From contig CAXXVO010000007.1 of the NCBI GenBank assembly GCA_963422645.2, positions 736,001-800,000 on the forward strand: a stretch of DNA of 64,000 nucleotides, read 5' to 3'. The position numbers and the translations under genes were made by a program. This document shows positions 60,539 through 64,000 of this stretch, one piece after another (within the stretch, counting starts at the first letter, position 1; each line of letters starts with the position of its first letter). Under the pieces are notes generated by a model, which did no database searches, was not told where the DNA came from, and was given only the letters and a program-made list of their open reading frames with translations. The stretch comes from Alphaproteobacteria bacterium. Its GTDB lineage: Bacteria; Pseudomonadota; Alphaproteobacteria; UBA828.

Positions 60539-62116
60539 ATGCTCCGTACCCGTCTCTGGCAAGTCGCTGTCGTCGCGGTGATCATCGCCGCGGCGATCCT
60601 CTTTGCCGTGCCCAACCTCTTCAATCGTGCCTCGCTCGACAGCTATCCCATGTGGCTGCCGTCGAGCCAGGTCAACCTCGGCCTCGATCTCCAGGGCGGC
60701 TCGCACCTCCTGCTCGAGGTGCAGGTCGGCGACATCCTGCGCGAGCGGATCACGACACTGGTCGATGACACACGCGTGGCGCTGCGGCGCAACGGCGTCA
60801 AGTACACCGGGCTGAAGGCGGCGCGGGATCGCGTCGTCTTCCAGCTCATCGACCCCGCTCAGATCGACGTGGCCGACGAGGCGGTAGAGGACCTCGACCC
60901 CGAGGCCGAGATCGACAACGATTCCGGCGGGGCCTTCCAGATCGTGCTCACCGAGGAGGCGGTCGAGGGCCGGCGCCTCGCTGCGGTGAACCAGTCGATC
61001 GAGATCATCCGCCGCCGCATCGACGAGACCGGCGTGCGGGAGCCCACCATCCAGCGCCAGGGCGAGGACCGCATCCTCGTCCAGCTGCCCGGCGTGGACG
61101 ATCCCGAGCGCATCAAGCGCCTGCTGGGCAGGACCGCGAAGCTCACCTTCCACCTGCTCGACGAGAACGTGACTGCGGAGGACCGGCGCTCAGGCCGCGT
61201 GCCGCTGGGCTCGGTGCGGTTGCCGGGCGACGAGGTGGGCGAGGACGGCGAAGAGATCATCTACATCGTCCGCAAGCGGGTCATGGTGAGCGGCGATTCC
61301 CTGGTCGATGCGGCGACCACGCGCGACCAGACCGGGCAGTGGGCGGTGAGCTTCCGCTTCGATTCCACCGGTGCGCGCAAGTTCGGCGACGTGACCACCG
61401 AGAACGTCGGCAAGCCCTTCGCCATCGTGCTGGACGGCCAGGTCATCAGTGCGCCGGTAATCCGCGAGCCCATCGTCGGCGGCAACGGGCAGATCACCGG
61501 CAACTTCGCCGTCGAGGAAGCCAACGACCTCTCGCTCCTGCTGCGCGCCGGTGCGCTACCCGCGCCAATGAAGATTTTGGAGGAACGCACGGTCGGGCCC
61601 GATCTCGGCGCCGATTCGATCGAGGCCGGCAAGATCGCCTGCATCATCGGGCTCGCGGCGGTGATCGTGTTCATGGTGCTCTACTACGGTCTCTTCGGCC
61701 TGGTCGCGGATCTCGCGCTGATCCTCAACCTGATCATCATGCTGGGCGTGCTGTCGCTGCTGCAGGCGACCCTGACGCTGCCCGGCATCGCCGGCATCGT
61801 GCTCACCATCGGCATGGCGGTGGACGCCAACGTGCTGATCTTCGAGCGAATACGCGAAGAAGCCAAAGCGGGCCGGGCGCCCTTCTCGGCCATGGAGGCC
61901 GGCTATCGCCGCGCCTTCACCACGATCATCGACTCCAACCTGACGACGCTGATCGCCGCCATCATCCTCTTCATCATCGGCACCGGGCCGGTGAAGGGCT
62001 TCGCCGTCACGCTCGGCATCGGGATTGCCACCTCCATGTTCACCGCCATGCTGGTGAGCCGGATCATCCTGGTCGCCTGGCTGCGCCGGCGCCGGCCCGC
62101 AGCGCTGCCGCTCTAG
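60539..62116 (+). CDS. secD: Protein translocase subunit SecD
   Basis: LGLDLQGG, RILVQLPG, TVGPDLG, GMAVDANVLIFER. Confidence 0.97.
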   Translation: MLRTRLWQVAVVAVIIAAAILFAVPNLFNRASLDSYPMWLPSSQVNLGLDLQGGSHLLLEVQVGDILRERITTLVDDTRVALRRNGVKYTGLKAARDRVVFQLIDPAQIDVADEAVEDLDPEAEIDNDSGGAFQIVLTEEAVEGRRLAAVNQSIEIIRRRIDETGVREPTIQRQGEDRILVQLPGVDDPERIKRLLGRTAKLTFHLLDENVTAEDRRSGRVPLGSVRLPGDEVGEDGEEIIYIVRKRVMVSGDSLVDAATTRDQTGQWAVSFRFDSTGARKFGDVTTENVGKPFAIVLDGQVISAPVIREPIVGGNGQITGNFAVEEANDLSLLLRAGALPAPMKILEERTVGPDLGADSIEAGKIACIIGLAAVIVFMVLYYGLFGLVADLALILNLIIMLGVLSLLQATLTLPGIAGIVLTIGMAVDANVLIFERIREEAKAGRAPFSAMEAGYRRAFTTIIDSNLTTLIAAIILFIIGTGPVKGFAVTLGIGIATSMFTAMLVSRIILVAWLRRRRPAALPL

Positions 62117-62125
62117 GCTCGTATC

Positions 62126-63301
62126 ATGTGGCGATTCCGACTCATCCCCGACAACACGAAGATCCCCTTCCTGCGGCTGCGCCGCACCTTCTTCGTCGTC
62201 TCCATCGTGCTAGCGGTGCTCTCGGTCGCAGTGCTCTTCGGTCGCGGGCTCAACTTCGGGATCGACTTCGCCGGCGGCATCCTGATCGAGGTGGGCACCG
62301 AGCGGGAAGCCGACATCGGGCAGATGCGGAGCGCGCTCACCGGGCTCGGCCTCGGCGAGATCGCGCTGCAGGAGTTCGGCTCGCCCACCGAGGTCCTCAT
62401 CCGCATCGAGCGCCAGCCCGGCGATGCGGGCGCCCAGCAGGTCGCCGTCACCACCGTGCGCGAGGCGTTGAGCGCGAACTACAGCGATACGCTGAGCTAC
62501 CGCCGGGTCGAGACGGTGGGGCCCAAGGTCGGCGGCGAGCTGATCCAGGCCGGCATCATCGCGGTGGTGGTCTCGGTCTTCCTGATGCTGGTCTATATCT
62601 GGTTCCGGTTCGAGCTGCCCTTCGCCATCGGCGCGGTGATCGCGCTGCTCCACGACGTGCTGCTCTCGCTCGGAATCTTTGCGGCGCTCGGGCTCGAATT
62701 CAATTTGCCCATTGTCGCCGCGATTCTGCTCATCGTCGGCTATTCGATGAACGACACCGTGGTCGTGTACGACCGCGTGCGCGAGAACCTGCGCAAGTAC
62801 AAGACGATGCCGCTTCTCGCGCTGCTCAACCAGAGCGTCAACGAGACCCTCGCCCGCACCGTTATCACCTCGATGACCACCCTGCTCGCCCTGCTCGCGC
62901 TGCTCATCTTCGGCGGCGCTGTCATCCGCGATTTCAGCTTCGCGATGATCTGGGGCGTGATCGTCGGCACCTACTCTTCGATCTTCATTGCGGGCGCGCT
63001 GCTGCTCTACGTGCAGCCGCAACGGGGCGGCCAGAAGAAAGCGGTTGGGCAGGCCGAGCGAACCGCTGCCATCGACGAGGATGTGCCGCCCGCAGGGCTT
63101 GCGTCCGAGCCCAGGGCCGCCCTGCCGGAGCCGGAAGCGCCGGTGACCAGTGTGGCCGACATCGCCCGGGCCGCCGAGGAGGCAGAGGCCGCGCTGACGG
63201 AAGAGAATGGGGACACGCCCGAGCCCGAGCCTACCGGCTCGCGCAAGCAGCGCCGTGCGAGCTCGTCACGGGAGCGCCGGCGCCGGCGCCGCAAGCGCTA
63301 A
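62126..63301 (+). CDS. secF: Protein translocase subunit SecF
   Basis: GIDFAGG, VGPKVG, GYSMNDTVVVYDRVREN, GTYSSIF. Confidence 0.97.
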   Translation: MWRFRLIPDNTKIPFLRLRRTFFVVSIVLAVLSVAVLFGRGLNFGIDFAGGILIEVGTEREADIGQMRSALTGLGLGEIALQEFGSPTEVLIRIERQPGDAGAQQVAVTTVREALSANYSDTLSYRRVETVGPKVGGELIQAGIIAVVVSVFLMLVYIWFRFELPFAIGAVIALLHDVLLSLGIFAALGLEFNLPIVAAILLIVGYSMNDTVVVYDRVRENLRKYKTMPLLALLNQSVNETLARTVITSMTTLLALLALLIFGGAVIRDFSFAMIWGVIVGTYSSIFIAGALLLYVQPQRGGQKKAVGQAERTAAIDEDVPPAGLASEPRAALPEPEAPVTSVADIARAAEEAEAALTEENGDTPEPEPTGSRKQRRASSSRERRRRRRKR

Positions 63302-63310
63302 GAGCGCAGC

Positions 63311-63694
63311 GTGGATATCACGCCGCTCGTCCCCGAAGGCCGGCAGATCATCGAGAGCTACGGCGACGACGGCTTCAGCATTAGCGGCGAGCGTTATCCG
63401 GGCTCGGTCATCGTCTGGCCCGAAGGCGTGGCGGACTGGGCGGTATCGGGCATCGGGGCCGCCGCGATCGAGACCCTCGATGCGATGTTCGCCGCCGAGC
63501 CCCCGATCGAGATATTGTTGATCGGCAGCGGCGCCACCTTCGAAATGGCACCGGCGGCGTTGCGCTCGGCACTCGGCGCACGCAGGGTCTCCATCGAGAG
63601 CATGGACACCGGCGCCGCCTGCCGCACCTACAACGTGCTGATGGCCGAGGATCGCCGGGTCGCCGCAGCGCTCATCCCGGCGCGGGAGGGCTGA
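63311..63694 (+). CDS. Mth938-like (DUF498) protein
   Basis: IESYG, LLIGSG, MDTGAACRTYNVL.AE.R.VAAAL. Confidence 0.9.
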   Translation: MDITPLVPEGRQIIESYGDDGFSISGERYPGSVIVWPEGVADWAVSGIGAAAIETLDAMFAAEPPIEILLIGSGATFEMAPAALRSALGARRVSIESMDTGAACRTYNVLMAEDRRVAAALIPAREG

Positions 63695-63715
63695 CCCTCC
63701 CAACCCCTTCGGGGG

Positions 63716-64000
63716 TCAGCTCAGCGGGATGTCGCTGTCCCCCTTCGACGCCTGATACACGGACGACAGCTCGTCGTAGAGCGCGTGCAGGCCGCGAATC
63801 CTCTGCTGCAGGCCTTGCTCGCCACCGACGAGATCGTCGACGGACCGGCTGCGCCAGAACGCGTTCTCGCGGGCGTAATCCCCGTTCTCGATGCGGAAGA
63901 CCTCGCTCAGAATCCGCAAGTCATGGGGAATGTTGAAGGCGTCCCGGGTGTCCACGTAGCCGAAGAGGTAGTGGAAGTTGTCGAACCCGGCCCAGGTGAT
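63716..64000 (-). CDS. C-terminus of an unidentified protein entering from the right edge
   Basis: Open frame reaching the window end, ending ...ASKGDSDIPLS*. Confidence 0.55.
   Translation of the reverse strand: MTWAGFDNFHYLFGYVDTRDAFNIPHDLRILSEVFRIENGDYARENAFWRSRSVDDLVGGEQGLQQRIRGLHALYDELSSVYQASKGDSDIPLS

Overview
GC-rich, probably alphaproteobacterial chromosome segment (an inference from gene content) dominated by nested mobile DNA. 1-12.4 kb is a stack of insertions. An IS66-like element with a DUF4338 passenger is interrupted by a group II intron, which is split by an unclassified DDE IS (called IS-X here) that itself holds an IS1595 and an IS1380. The same IS66-like element is also hit by a large-serine-recombinase element and an IS1634. 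13.4-27 kb is mostly metabolic genes (DHDPS-like, HpaB-like, enamidase-like, VapBC, GST, pcm, acyltransferase, OYE-type flavoprotein, LarA-like) plus a 1.1-kb transposase-less TG..CA mini-transposon. 27.5-37 kb is a HigB / HigA-ImmA / CD-NTase / SLATT (CBASS-type) operon and a HEPN remnant between two IS21 copies. 37-50.8 kb is a phage-satellite-like island at a tRNA-Lys 3' att fragment (int, xis, terL, HNH, capsid, protease), interrupted by an IS110 with a readable bridge-RNA-like end and by IS66 elements carrying a Dam-like methyltransferase. 52.9-58.1 kb is a TG..CA DDE transposon encoding a helicase-like ATPase and a Toprim protein. The window ends in backbone genes: a TauD-like dioxygenase, yajC-secD-secF and an Mth938-like gene. 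All family calls are by eye from motifs; no database search was run.
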